DNA from: an uncultured Bryobacteraceae bacterium
Lineage (GTDB): Bacteria > Acidobacteriota > Terriglobia > Bryobacterales > Bryobacteraceae
Direction: 5' to 3'
NCBI GenBank assembly: GCA_938027685.1
Contig: CALJAM010000005.1
Location: 18,854-82,853, forward strand
Length of the DNA: 64,000 bases
Positions 18,801 through 27,781 of the stretch are shown here, one piece after another (the stretch's first letter is position 1; every line of letters starts with the position of its first letter). A model generated the notes under the pieces. That model did not search any database. It was not told the origin of the DNA and was given only the letters and a program-made list of their open reading frames with translations. Position numbers and translations under genes: made by a program.

Positions 18801-18846
18801 CGTTGTGAACCCCCTTGAGACGGCCGGACGTTGCGCTCCGGCGCTT

Positions 18847-20406
18847 TCAGGAGCGCCTGCGCCGGTGATGCGTGGAAGGAATTTTCATGTCTTCCCGGTA
18901 TTTGGCTACCGTCCGGCGAGTCACGTAAATCCCTTTCGCCTTGAGCAGGGCGGCAATCTGCTCGTCCGTGAGCGGCTTGGCGGGATCCTCCTCCTCGATC
19001 ATTTTTTTGACCATGCGTTTCAGCGTGATCAAGGGAACCGCCGCGCCCGAGGGACCCTGCACCGGTTCAGAGAAGAAGTACCGCAGCTCGAAGACGCCGT
19101 GCGGGGTATGAACGTACTTGTTGGCCACGGCGCGACTCACCGTGGAGGCATGCACCCCGATCTCCTCGGCCACATCCTTGATCATCATGGGCCGCAGGTG
19201 GTCCAATCCGTGATCGAGGAAATCGCGCTGGCGCCGCACAACCGCCTCGCAGACGCGCAGGATGGTCTGCTTGCGCTGCTCGATGTTCTTGATCAACTGG
19301 AGTGCGGACGTGAAGCGCTCTTTGATGTAGTTCCGCACCTGGCGGTCCTGCTCCTGGGCGCGATCCAACAGACGACGGTACTGCGAGCTGAGCCTCAATT
19401 GGGGCACGTCGTCGTCATTGAGTTCGATGACGTAGTCATCGCCCTCCTTGGTGATGTAGACATCAGGCTCGATTTGCCGCGCACCCGGTCCGGAATAACG
19501 CAGGCCGGGTCGCGGGTCCAGACTGCGAATGACGCGCAAGGCGATCTCGATATGTTCGAGCGGCCGCTGTAGCAGGCGCGCCAACTCTTTGAGCTGCTTC
19601 TTTTCGAGCAGATGCAGGTGATCGGATACGATCTGCCAGGCGACACCGCCCTCCGCGTTGCGGCTCTTCAGTTGCAACAGGAGGCATTCGCGCAGGTCGC
19701 GCGCGCCCACTCCGGCGGGATCGAGCGACTGGACGACGCGGAGGGCTTGCTCGACATGGGCAAGCTGGTGTTCGCCTGCGGCTGCGACCTCCTCCAACGA
19801 CGCCGTAAGGTAGCCGTTTTCATCCAGATTTCCGATGATCGAGTCAGCCGCGTCGTGGACGGCCTCGTCCAGCGGCATCATACTCAGCTGCGCGCGCAAG
19901 TGGTCCGCCAGGGTGACAGGCTGCGAGAGAAAGGCCTCGAGCGAGGGACGCTCCAGGGCTTCCGAAGCCGGAGCGCGGAAACTAGGATCGAGATACTCCT
20001 CGAAGAACGAACCGAAGTCGATTTCCTCGAAGGGATCGGGCTTGGCAGGCTCGGCGGCCGGCAGTTCTTCGACCATCCCGACCTCAGCCGCCGGCTCACC
20101 CTCCTCGGCCAGCAGCTCATCGGGGCCTTCTTCCGGGGTGTCCGTGGCTTCGAGCACGGCCTTGTCACTCGGCTCGACCCGCTCGTCCTGGGACTCGAGC
20201 AGCGCTTGGAGTTCCTCCGGGCTGATCTCTTCCCCACCCTCCTCGGTGGCTTCCTCGAGCACCGGATTCGCTGCAAGCTCCTGCTGGATCAGCTCCTTCA
20301 GCTCCAACCGATTCAGTTGGAGCACCGCCACCATCTGCATGAGGCGGGGCGTGAGGATCTGCTTTTGCGCGACCTTCAGTTGCAGCCTTGGCGACAGCAG
20401 GCTCAT
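18847..20406 (-). CDS. rpoN: RNA polymerase sigma-54 factor
   Basis: The N-terminus is MSLLSPRLQLKVAQKQILTPRLMQ. An acidic linker follows. The HTH region and the RpoN box RRTVAKYRE are present. Confidence 0.95.
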   Translation of the reverse strand: MSLLSPRLQLKVAQKQILTPRLMQMVAVLQLNRLELKELIQQELAANPVLEEATEEGGEEISPEELQALLESQDERVEPSDKAVLEATDTPEEGPDELLAEEGEPAAEVGMVEELPAAEPAKPDPFEEIDFGSFFEEYLDPSFRAPASEALERPSLEAFLSQPVTLADHLRAQLSMMPLDEAVHDAADSIIGNLDENGYLTASLEEVAAAGEHQLAHVEQALRVVQSLDPAGVGARDLRECLLLQLKSRNAEGGVAWQIVSDHLHLLEKKQLKELARLLQRPLEHIEIALRVIRSLDPRPGLRYSGPGARQIEPDVYITKEGDDYVIELNDDDVPQLRLSSQYRRLLDRAQEQDRQVRNYIKERFTSALQLIKNIEQRKQTILRVCEAVVRRQRDFLDHGLDHLRPMMIKDVAEEIGVHASTVSRAVANKYVHTPHGVFELRYFFSEPVQGPSGAAVPLITLKRMVKKMIEEEDPAKPLTDEQIAALLKAKGIYVTRRTVAKYREDMKIPSTHHRRRRS

Positions 20407-20543
20407 CTGGCTTCATAATAACATCGGCCGCCCGCTGTTGGATCCACGGGGAAACGCCGCATTAAGGCAGCGGAAATGGCTGCGGGCTTGCCTCCTGAAG
20501 CATCCTGCGGAGCCCCGACAGGGCTCCGTATACTAAGAAGGCC

Positions 20544-21386
20544 ATGACGCGAAGATCGCTTCTGAGAACGCTGGGGGCTTTGCCCGCCGCTTCTGCCGGA
20601 CTTTCCGCTCAACCGGCTGTCCGCAAGGGCCGGATCAAACAGGCTGCCACGCGCGGTTGCTTCGGCAAAGGTATGAGCCTGGAAGATATCTGCCGCGAGG
20701 CGGCCCGGCTGGGACTGAAGGGGTTGGACTTGCTTCCGCCCGACCAGTGGCCGGTTCTAAAGAAGTACGGCCTGATCCCCACCCTGGCGCCGGCCGCCGG
20801 GCACACGCTCACCGACGGCATCAACCGGCGCGAGGCACACGACAAGATCGAACCGGCCTTCCGCGAGATGATCGACCGCGCGGCCGCCTTCGGAGCGCCG
20901 AACGTCATCGCGCTGTCGGGCAACCGCCGAGGCATGAGCGACGAGCAGGGTATTGACAACTGCGTGGCCTTCCTGAACAGGGTGAAGGCTCAGGCGGAAG
21001 ACAAGGGCGTAACCATCTGTCTCGAGCTGCTCAACAGCAAGGTCAACCACCCCGATTACCAGTGCGATCGCACGGCCTGGGGCGTGGAGGTCGTCAAGAG
21101 GGTGAATTCCCCTCGCGTCAAGCTTCTATACGACATCTATCACATGCAGATCATGGAGGGCGACATCATCCGCACGATCCGCAATAACATACAGTGGATC
21201 GGCCATTTTCACACGGCGGGCAATCCAGGCCGTCATGAGCCGGACGAAAGCCAGGAGCTCAACTATCGCGCGATCGCGCTGGCCATCGCCGAACTGGGCT
21301 TCCAGGGCTACGTGGCGCACGAGTATTCTCCGGTTAAGGACCCGCTCAAGTCGCTCGAGCACGTGATCGAGATTTTCGACGTATGA
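20544..21386 (+). CDS. hydroxypyruvate isomerase-like TIM-barrel protein with Tat signal
   Basis: MTRRSLLRTLGALPAASAG is a twin-arginine signal. ICLELLNSKVNHPDYQCD...LLYDIYHMQIMEGD...GHFHTAGNPGRHE matches the Hyi/xylose-isomerase-like TIM family. Confidence 0.8.
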   Translation: MTRRSLLRTLGALPAASAGLSAQPAVRKGRIKQAATRGCFGKGMSLEDICREAARLGLKGLDLLPPDQWPVLKKYGLIPTLAPAAGHTLTDGINRREAHDKIEPAFREMIDRAAAFGAPNVIALSGNRRGMSDEQGIDNCVAFLNRVKAQAEDKGVTICLELLNSKVNHPDYQCDRTAWGVEVVKRVNSPRVKLLYDIYHMQIMEGDIIRTIRNNIQWIGHFHTAGNPGRHEPDESQELNYRAIALAIAELGFQGYVAHEYSPVKDPLKSLEHVIEIFDV

Positions 21387-21465
21387 AAACCCGCCGGCCT
21401 CGCCGGTGGGCGTGAGGCGCGACCGGGCTGATCGGCTCCAGGAGGATGGCAAGGTGGAGGCAAGA

Positions 21466-22725
21466 ATGGGAGAGATAGGACGGGCGAGTATTCGAGGCGC
21501 GGTACTCAGCGTGGGCGGGTCCGAACAGCCCCTCGTCAAAGCCCTGACGTGGTACCCGGCGCAATTCGTGCTGTTCGTGGTGTCCCCACAGTCGGAAAGC
21601 CAGGTTCACGAGAAGATCCTACCGGCGCTCAACTACCAGCCCCAATACGAAGTGCTGCGCGTCAGCTCGCCGGAGGATTTGAATAACTGCTACGTGGAAT
21701 GCCGCAGGGGCATTTACGGATGGCTTCAACGGCGGGGACTGCGCGGCGAGGAAGTGTACGTCGACAACACGGGCGGAACCAAGCCCATGAGCGCGGCAGT
21801 GGCGATGGCTGCGTTCGAATGGATCCCGCATTATCACTACGTTTCCGGCGAACGCGACAAGGGTGGGCTGGGCATTGTGCAGACCGGGACCGAAAGCTCG
21901 GTCTCGGGCATCAGCCCATGGTTCCGGTTCGCCTTGAAGCCGCGGGAACTGGCGACGCATTTCTACCGGCAGGGTTACGTCGAGCAGGCCGCCCAGCTGC
22001 TCGAGCAGGCTGCCGAGAGCGCTACCGAGCAGCAGCAGACGATCAAAGCCTACGCGGCGCTTTGCCGCCTGCTGGCGCGCCTTGACGCGCTGAAATTCGA
22101 CGGCTTGACCCACGAACTGGGCAAGTGGCGATCCGCGCTGCAGGTCGCGTTCGAGCAAGCCGACAACAAGCAGGCGCTTCGCTGGCTTCTCAGCCTCCCG
22201 GATCACTTCGCGCAGTTGCAAAAGGAAGTGAAGGAGGGGCGGGAGCACCGGATGTGCTTGCGGGAGCTGCTGGCCTGTGCACGCCGCCGGGCCCGGCAAG
22301 GCCATTACGACGAGGCCGTCGCCCGGCTGTATCGTGCCATCGAGCTGTTCGTGCAGGACCGGCTGCACCGTGCTTTCGGAGCGCAGCTCGGCATTGTCCA
22401 TCTGGACAAGCTCGATGCCGAGCTCGCCCAGCGGCTTCGCCGGCAATTCCCCAACGCCGTGGACGAGCAGGGACGCCTAAGGCTGAGTTTGAAAAATGGT
22501 TGCGAGGCGCTGGGCTCGAGTCCCTACGAGGAGGACAGGGACATACCGAAACTATACCAAAGCCTCAAAGACGAGCTGGAGATGCGCAACCAGTCCTGGC
22601 TGGCCCACGGCACGCGGTCAGCCTCGCGCGAGGACTTCCAGAGACTATGGAGCAAAGTGCTGCCGGCCGTCGGACTGCGCGAGGAAGACGTGCCGGAATG
22701 GCCTGACCTTTCCTTCGCTCTGTGA
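21466..22725 (+). CDS. CARF-HEPN protein, TIGR02710 / Cas_Cas02710-like (orphan)
   Basis: GGAGG at 21456-21460 precedes the ATG at 21466. The N-terminal Rossmann-like part is VLSVGGSEQPLVKAL...VYVDNTGGTKPMSAAVAMAA. The C-terminal helical part has YDEAVARLYRAIELFVQDRL and the HEPN motif R-NQSWLA-H (22585-22608). Confidence 0.65.
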   Translation: MGEIGRASIRGAVLSVGGSEQPLVKALTWYPAQFVLFVVSPQSESQVHEKILPALNYQPQYEVLRVSSPEDLNNCYVECRRGIYGWLQRRGLRGEEVYVDNTGGTKPMSAAVAMAAFEWIPHYHYVSGERDKGGLGIVQTGTESSVSGISPWFRFALKPRELATHFYRQGYVEQAAQLLEQAAESATEQQQTIKAYAALCRLLARLDALKFDGLTHELGKWRSALQVAFEQADNKQALRWLLSLPDHFAQLQKEVKEGREHRMCLRELLACARRRARQGHYDEAVARLYRAIELFVQDRLHRAFGAQLGIVHLDKLDAELAQRLRRQFPNAVDEQGRLRLSLKNGCEALGSSPYEEDRDIPKLYQSLKDELEMRNQSWLAHGTRSASREDFQRLWSKVLPAVGLREEDVPEWPDLSFAL

Positions 22726-23451
22726 TCAGAAACTGGGCGAGCCCAGGGCCAGGATGTCATCCACGCGAAGGATTTCGCGCGTCACGAACGGTTCGCCGTA
22801 CCGCACTCCGATGAGATTGCCATAGTAGCGCGCCAAGGCGGCCAGGCGTTCGCGGATCTCCTCGGGATCCGGAAAGAGCGCCGAAGGCTCGTCGGGCAAG
22901 CCGTATTGGGATTGATACGCCAGCAAAGCCTGCATGCGGCGATCGAACTGCTCGCTGATGTCCACCACAAAGGACGGCGTCACGCGGGCGTAAACCGAAC
23001 TGTACATCACGTTGCGCGGCCGGTAGGCCGGCGCATCGGTCTCGACCCTGCGAAGCCCGGCCAAAAAGCACGCCCCGTAGCCGATCTCGGCTGCGCGCGC
23101 GTGGTCAGGGTGACGCGCTTGCCAGTAAGGCAGGATGACCGCGCGGGGCCGCAGGCGCCGGATTTCGGCCGCCACTTTCAGGCGCGCCTCGAATGTGTTT
23201 TCCAGCCGACCGTCCGGGAGGCGCAGATTGCCGCGCCAAGCCAGGCCGAGCAGACGAGCCGCTTCGGCGGCCTCGCGGAGGCGCAATTCGGGGTCGCCGC
23301 GCGTTCCCATTTCGCCGGCGGTCAGGTCCAACACGCCCGTGCGGTAGCCCAGGCCTGCCATGCGGATCAGCGTGCCGCCGCAGGTCTGCTCGACGTCATC
23401 GGGGTGGGCGGCGATGGCCAGTACGTCCAGCTCGGGGCGCGCCTCCTCCAT
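22726..23451 (-). CDS. bshB1: PIG-L/LmbE family deacetylase, BshB1-like
   Basis: LDVLAIAAHPDDVEQTCGGTL...DLTAGEMGTRG...RLPDGRL...HPDH aligns by eye with Bacillus BshB1. Confidence 0.75.
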   Translation of the reverse strand: MEEARPELDVLAIAAHPDDVEQTCGGTLIRMAGLGYRTGVLDLTAGEMGTRGDPELRLREAAEAARLLGLAWRGNLRLPDGRLENTFEARLKVAAEIRRLRPRAVILPYWQARHPDHARAAEIGYGACFLAGLRRVETDAPAYRPRNVMYSSVYARVTPSFVVDISEQFDRRMQALLAYQSQYGLPDEPSALFPDPEEIRERLAALARYYGNLIGVRYGEPFVTREILRVDDILALGSPSF

Positions 23452-23457
23452 GGATCT

Positions 23458-24126
23458 TTACCAATAAAGGTCGCGACGGCGACGACGGGGAGGCCTGGGA
23501 TGCAGAAGCCTGATCAGCACCATGCCCGCCAGAAAGCCGCCGATATGAGCGAACCAGGCCACGCCCCCTTGCGAGACCTGCGAATAGCCGAGCGACCCGA
23601 TTCCGCTGAAGAATTGCAGCAGGAGCCAGTAACCGAGGATCAGGGCGGCGGGCACTTCCACCGTGGTCAGGAAAAAGAAAACCGGGACCAGCGTGAGGAT
23701 GCGGGAATGGGGAAACTTGACCATATAAGCGCCCATGACCCCTGCGATGGCGCCGCTGGCGCCAATGGTCGGGACGCGTGAGTCCGGATTCATCGCCACG
23801 TGGACCAATCCCGCAGCTACGCCGCAAGCCAGATAAAAGAAAAGATATTTGAAACGGCCCAGAATGTCTTCGACATTGTCGCCATAAATCCAGAGAAACC
23901 ACATATTACCTAGGAAATGCATCCACCCGCCGTGCAGAAACATCGAAGTGAGCAAACTACTAAATTCAAGGCGTGCGGGAACGATTCCGTAAAGAGAGAT
24001 GAAATAGTTGAGCGAGAAGTGGTCCAGGCTGAGCTCGTAGAGAAAGACCGCCGCATTGACCATGATGATGAGGATGGTGACCACCGGCGGCGAGTAACTG
24101 GGCTGGGAGTCGCGCAGGGGGATCAT
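23458..24126 (-). CDS. rhomboid family intramembrane serine protease
   Basis: HGGWMHFLGNMWFLWIYGDNVE and GASGAIAGVMGAY (catalytic Ser) with AHIGGFLAG (catalytic His). ATG at 24126 lies 1 nt after the upstream stop. Confidence 0.85.
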   Translation of the reverse strand: MIPLRDSQPSYSPPVVTILIIMVNAAVFLYELSLDHFSLNYFISLYGIVPARLEFSSLLTSMFLHGGWMHFLGNMWFLWIYGDNVEDILGRFKYLFFYLACGVAAGLVHVAMNPDSRVPTIGASGAIAGVMGAYMVKFPHSRILTLVPVFFFLTTVEVPAALILGYWLLLQFFSGIGSLGYSQVSQGGVAWFAHIGGFLAGMVLIRLLHPRPPRRRRRDLYW

Positions 24127-24127
24127 T

Positions 24128-25081
24128 TCAGTGGGCGGAGTTGGCCCGATAGTGGAAATCGGGGTGGACGCGACGCTCGGCCTTGCGCATGAGGTTACGC
24201 GCCTCATCTGCGGTGCGGATGCCGCCCCGCGCACCCAGAGCCATGCAGTTCAAAGCGGCCATGGCGTTGGAGAAGTCAAGGGCCTCCTCCAGGGAGAACC
24301 CCTGAAGCACAGCGTAGCAGAAAGCGCCGTGGAAGACGTCGCCCGCGCCGGTGGTGTCCACACAATTGACTACGAAAGCGGGTGAGTAGTAAAAACGGCC
24401 GTCGGCGCGAGCCAAGGCGCCGTAGGGCCCCAGCGTCATGGCCGCCACCTTCATCCCGTACTCGCTCTGGATCATTTCCAGAGCCTTGAAAGGATCACGC
24501 TCGTTGGTCCATTGGACGGGGAAGTCGGAGCTGGCGATCAGGTAGTCCACGTGGGGGAGGACGCGGTCGAAGCCGTGGTAGATGGTATCCACGTCTACGG
24601 TGACCGGCAGCCCGTTCGCATGGGCGATGCGCGCGGCCTTTTCCACGGCGGCCGTGTCGTGGCCGTCAATGTGCAGCAAGCGCCCGCAGGTGATCATCTC
24701 GGGCTGGATGTCGGCCGGATCGAGACGCAGTCCCTCCGGCCGCCTCCACAAAACGGTTCGCTCACCCGTAGAACGGTCAATCAGGATGTAGCCGGATTGG
24801 TTGGGGCAGCCGCGCCTGACCTGTACGTGATCCGTGTTTATGCCTTCGGCGCGGAGGCTTTCCATTTGGATTCGGCCGCGTTCGTCGTCGCCCACGGTGC
24901 CGATGTACTTGACGCGCAGGCCGAGCCGGGCGCAGGTCACCAGCGCGCCCGTGATCTGACCGCCGGGGCTAACGATTTCCTCAACGAAGGGGGCCTTTCC
25001 GGCGTACGCAGGGAAGTGGGGCACGATGAGCAGCGTATCGGTGGCATTGAGTCCGATACCCACGACGTCGAACTCGGGCAT
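24128..25081 (-). CDS. PfkB family carbohydrate kinase
   Basis: The N-terminus is FDVVGIGLNATDTLL. DTTGAGDVFHGAF is the PfkB signature 2. The start could be 25081 or 25099, and neither has a clear RBS. Confidence 0.8.
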   Translation of the reverse strand: MPEFDVVGIGLNATDTLLIVPHFPAYAGKAPFVEEIVSPGGQITGALVTCARLGLRVKYIGTVGDDERGRIQMESLRAEGINTDHVQVRRGCPNQSGYILIDRSTGERTVLWRRPEGLRLDPADIQPEMITCGRLLHIDGHDTAAVEKAARIAHANGLPVTVDVDTIYHGFDRVLPHVDYLIASSDFPVQWTNERDPFKALEMIQSEYGMKVAAMTLGPYGALARADGRFYYSPAFVVNCVDTTGAGDVFHGAFCYAVLQGFSLEEALDFSNAMAALNCMALGARGGIRTADEARNLMRKAERRVHPDFHYRANSAH

Positions 25082-25364
25082 TGCATCCGAGCGTAGCATA
25101 GGCGACCGCGTGCAGACCGGCTGGGCCCCGCGGTACGGTCCGCAGGTAGGCGCGCCTGGACATCGCCTCCCGCACGAGGTCGGCTGAGGCTGCCGGCCTT
25201 GCACGGGTCAAGGCCTGTCGCGGCGGGCGTTCCGCAACCGAAACCGACAGCCGCGCGCGAGCTTCAGCGAGTCGTCGGCGGGCAGAGGCCGGGCCGGGCA
25301 TTCACCAGGCGCGCCGATGCGAGCCCGCGGGCGCGGCTCTTCGGGAGACGCCGCGCAGCCGCGT

Positions 25365-26189
25365 TCAAGGCGTCTTGAGGGGAGGGCCGGCCGGCGAAGG
25401 CTTTTCAGGAGGCAATGGCTCGACTTCGAAACCGAGCCGGTTCAGGATCACCACGTCCACGCGGCGATTACGCCGGCGGCCCTCTTCGGTCTCGTTGGTG
25501 TCAACCGGCATCGTGTCGGCGTAGCCGACGACGGCCAGGCGGTTCGGCTCCACTCCGAAGCGCGTGGTGAGCAGGTTGAGCATGGCGATGGCGCGGGCGG
25601 CGGAGAGATCCCAGTTGCTGCGAAACCGGGCGTTGTGAATGGGCACGGAATCGGTATGGCCTTCCAGGCGAACGGGGTTGGGCAGTTTGCGTATGGCCGC
25701 GGCGATCTTTTCGATGCTCGGATACGTGGAGGGATCGATGGTGTCCTCTCCCGTCGGAAAGAAGGCCGCCTCGGTGAGACTGACCACCAGGCCGCGCGGC
25801 TCCAGCTTCACGCTGAGCTTGCCGGCGGCGATCTCGGTCTTCAGTTCGTCGGTGAGGAGCTGGAGCGAGGGCAACAGGTCGGCCCAGAATCGATTGTTTT
25901 CGCGGCTAGTGGGCTCGGTTTTCGTCCCTCCGGGCCCTTTGAGCATGGCGTTGCCTTTGCCTTTCTCGCCCACCGCGCCCCCCAGGATTCCCGCAATCAC
26001 GCTGGCGATCTGGCCCTCTTCGAGGGCGCGTCGCACGGACTCGGAGACCTGTTGCGCCTTGCCTCGGTCGGTCTGCGAGGAGGCGAACATCACGACGAAG
26101 AAAGCGAACATGAGCGTGATGAAATCGGCGTAGGAGACCAGCCAGCGTTCCAGATTTTCGTGAGCCGAGTGTTTGTTGCGGCGGCCCAT
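25365..26189 (-). CDS. motB: flagellar stator protein MotB (OmpA-like C-terminus)
   Basis: RWLVSYADFITLMFAFFVVMFA carries the conserved Asp. The C-terminus VVGYADTMPV...RRNRRVDVVI is OmpA-like. GGAGG precedes the ATG at 26189. Confidence 0.85.
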   Translation of the reverse strand: MGRRNKHSAHENLERWLVSYADFITLMFAFFVVMFASSQTDRGKAQQVSESVRRALEEGQIASVIAGILGGAVGEKGKGNAMLKGPGGTKTEPTSRENNRFWADLLPSLQLLTDELKTEIAAGKLSVKLEPRGLVVSLTEAAFFPTGEDTIDPSTYPSIEKIAAAIRKLPNPVRLEGHTDSVPIHNARFRSNWDLSAARAIAMLNLLTTRFGVEPNRLAVVGYADTMPVDTNETEEGRRRNRRVDVVILNRLGFEVEPLPPEKPSPAGPPLKTP

Positions 26190-26199
26190 GGCAGCCTCC

Positions 26200-27081
26200 T
26201 CAACGCGCGGCGGCCGGCTTGGCCGCGGCACGCTTTTCTCCGGCGGGGGCTTTCTTGGCCGCGCCGGCGGGCTGGGCGGATTGCACGTAGGCCTCCAGCT
26301 TGCTGCGGATAAGCTTAGGGTTGAGGCCTTCGACGATGCCCGCCACTCCCTCCAGCATCAACTCGCGGATCCGCGAGGTGGCGTGCATCCGGGCCCGAAT
26401 CTTGTTGGCGGAAGGTATGAAGAAGATGTTGGCCGAACCGACCCCGTAGATAGTGGCGACGAAGGCGACAGCGATGCCCTTGCCCACCTCGTCGATGTTG
26501 GCCAGATGTTTCATGACCTGGATGAGTCCCATGACCGCGCCGATGATGCCGATGGTCGGGGCGTAGCCGCCCGCCTGCTCGAAGACCCTGGCGCGGGCCT
26601 CGGCGTTCTGTTCTTCGAGGGCGATTTCCAGTTCCATCATCTTGCGGATTTCCTGCAGGTCCGTGCCGTCGACAGCCAGCGTGAGCGCCTTGCGCAGGAA
26701 CCGGTCCTGAACCGCCTCGGCCTCCTCTTCCAGCGAAACGATGCCGTTCTTGCGCGCCTTGGTGGCGTAACCGATGATCTCCTCGATCACGACGTCCGGG
26801 CTCTGCTGCTTCTCGAAAAACACCGAGAACAGTTCCCGGAACGCGGCCAGCACCACGTGGAGCGGAGTGGCCACCATGACGGCGCCGAGAGTGCCGCCGA
26901 AGACGATCATGGCGGCCGTGGGCTGCAGGATTTCGGCGATCGTGCCGCCCTCGAGGATGAGACCGCCGAGGATGCCGCCCAACGCCAGGCCGAGACCGCA
27001 AAGGGTGGCGACGTCAGGCCGTCCACCGCCAGCCCCGTGGGTCCCCTGAGCGGGCCTGGGCCGCTCGGATTGTTCCGCCAT
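26200..27081 (-). CDS. motA: flagellar stator protein MotA/PomA
   Basis: Four hydrophobic segments. AGGYAPTIGIIGAVMGLI and GIAVAFVATIYGVGSANIFFIPSANK are typical of the MotA/ExbB proton channel family. It is adjacent to motB. Confidence 0.85.
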   Translation of the reverse strand: MAEQSERPRPAQGTHGAGGGRPDVATLCGLGLALGGILGGLILEGGTIAEILQPTAAMIVFGGTLGAVMVATPLHVVLAAFRELFSVFFEKQQSPDVVIEEIIGYATKARKNGIVSLEEEAEAVQDRFLRKALTLAVDGTDLQEIRKMMELEIALEEQNAEARARVFEQAGGYAPTIGIIGAVMGLIQVMKHLANIDEVGKGIAVAFVATIYGVGSANIFFIPSANKIRARMHATSRIRELMLEGVAGIVEGLNPKLIRSKLEAYVQSAQPAGAAKKAPAGEKRAAAKPAAAR

Positions 27082-27096
27082 GACTCAGCCACCCGA

Positions 27097-27357
27097 TTAA
27101 GGTTGAGCCGGCGGGGCCGAGCCTGACTCCAGCCGCCGGCGCTCGAGCTCCCTCAGAGTCGGACACTGGCACATACGTTCGTAGATGGCACGGCGGAAGG
27201 CGATGACCTTTTCCAGGATCTCGTCGGCCGACTCCAGCACCATGAACGTATGCCCCGTAGTCAGAGTCACGACCGTATCGGGCGTAACCTCGACGTGCTC
27301 GATCAGGTCCGAGTTCAGCATTACCGGGACATGGTTCAGGCGTGTGAGACAAATCAT
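27097..27357 (-). CDS. flbD: flagellar protein FlbD
   Basis: MICLTRLNHVPVMLNSDLIEHVEVTPDTVVTLTTGHTFMVLESADEILEKV matches the FlbD family (MIKLTRLNG..LNSDLIE.IE.TPDTVITL). It is the first gene of the stator operon. Confidence 0.8.
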   Translation of the reverse strand: MICLTRLNHVPVMLNSDLIEHVEVTPDTVVTLTTGHTFMVLESADEILEKVIAFRRAIYERMCQCPTLRELERRRLESGSAPPAQP

Positions 27358-27377
27358 AGACCGTCCCTTCCCCCTCC

Positions 27378-27405
27378 CTTATCGGACGGGGCGCGGACAA
27401 TTCGA
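27378..27405 (-). promoter_or_regulatory. sigma-28 (FliA)-type promoter candidate for flbD-motAB
   Basis: The minus strand reads TCGA-N15-TCCGATAAG, against the E. coli consensus TAAA-N15-GCCGATAA. The -10 element at 27386-27379 sits about 21 nt upstream of the flbD ATG, followed by a G-rich RBS. Confidence 0.45.
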
Positions 27406-27422
27406 GCGGCGCCGTTTTTCGT

Positions 27423-27450
27423 TCAATCGGCGCCCCGGCGATCCGATAAG
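27423..27450 (+). promoter_or_regulatory. sigma-28 (FliA)-type promoter candidate for the small ORF at 27470
   Basis: The plus strand reads TCAA-N15-TCCGATAAG (27423-27426 and 27442-27450). GGGAGGAG and the GTG at 27470 follow. The geometry matches the divergent copy. Confidence 0.45.
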
Positions 27451-27469
27451 CGCTGTTGGGAGGAGAACG

Positions 27470-27781
27470 GTGCCAGCCCTCAACCGGGATTCAGCTCGAG
27501 CCGCTCGTGCGATCCTCTCTGCCTTCGAGGCAGCGAATCTCCCGGCGCTGGAACACGCCCTCGAGCGATCGGCTGAACTCCTCCCGCCAGTGTCTCCCTA
27601 CCCGGATCTTGAGGCTGAGCGTTGGGAGCTGCTGCAAGCGCTGAGTCAGAACCTACTGGAAGGCATTCGTCGGATGCGGCGAGGGCTTGCGACGCGGATC
27701 GAAGGTCTCGAGGCCAGCCTCGCCTTGCTGGCGCACCTGGCGCGCACGGCGCCGGTCGTGATGCCGGTCAGGTCGCGATGA
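27470..27781 (+). CDS. small helical hypothetical protein (103 aa)
   Basis: GTG at 27470 is preceded by GGGAGGAG. Third-codon positions are G/C-rich. The predicted protein is helical and leucine-rich. The upstream part of ORF 27185..27781 is antisense to flbD. Confidence 0.5.
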   Translation: MPALNRDSARAARAILSAFEAANLPALEHALERSAELLPPVSPYPDLEAERWELLQALSQNLLEGIRRMRRGLATRIEGLEASLALLAHLARTAPVVMPVRSR

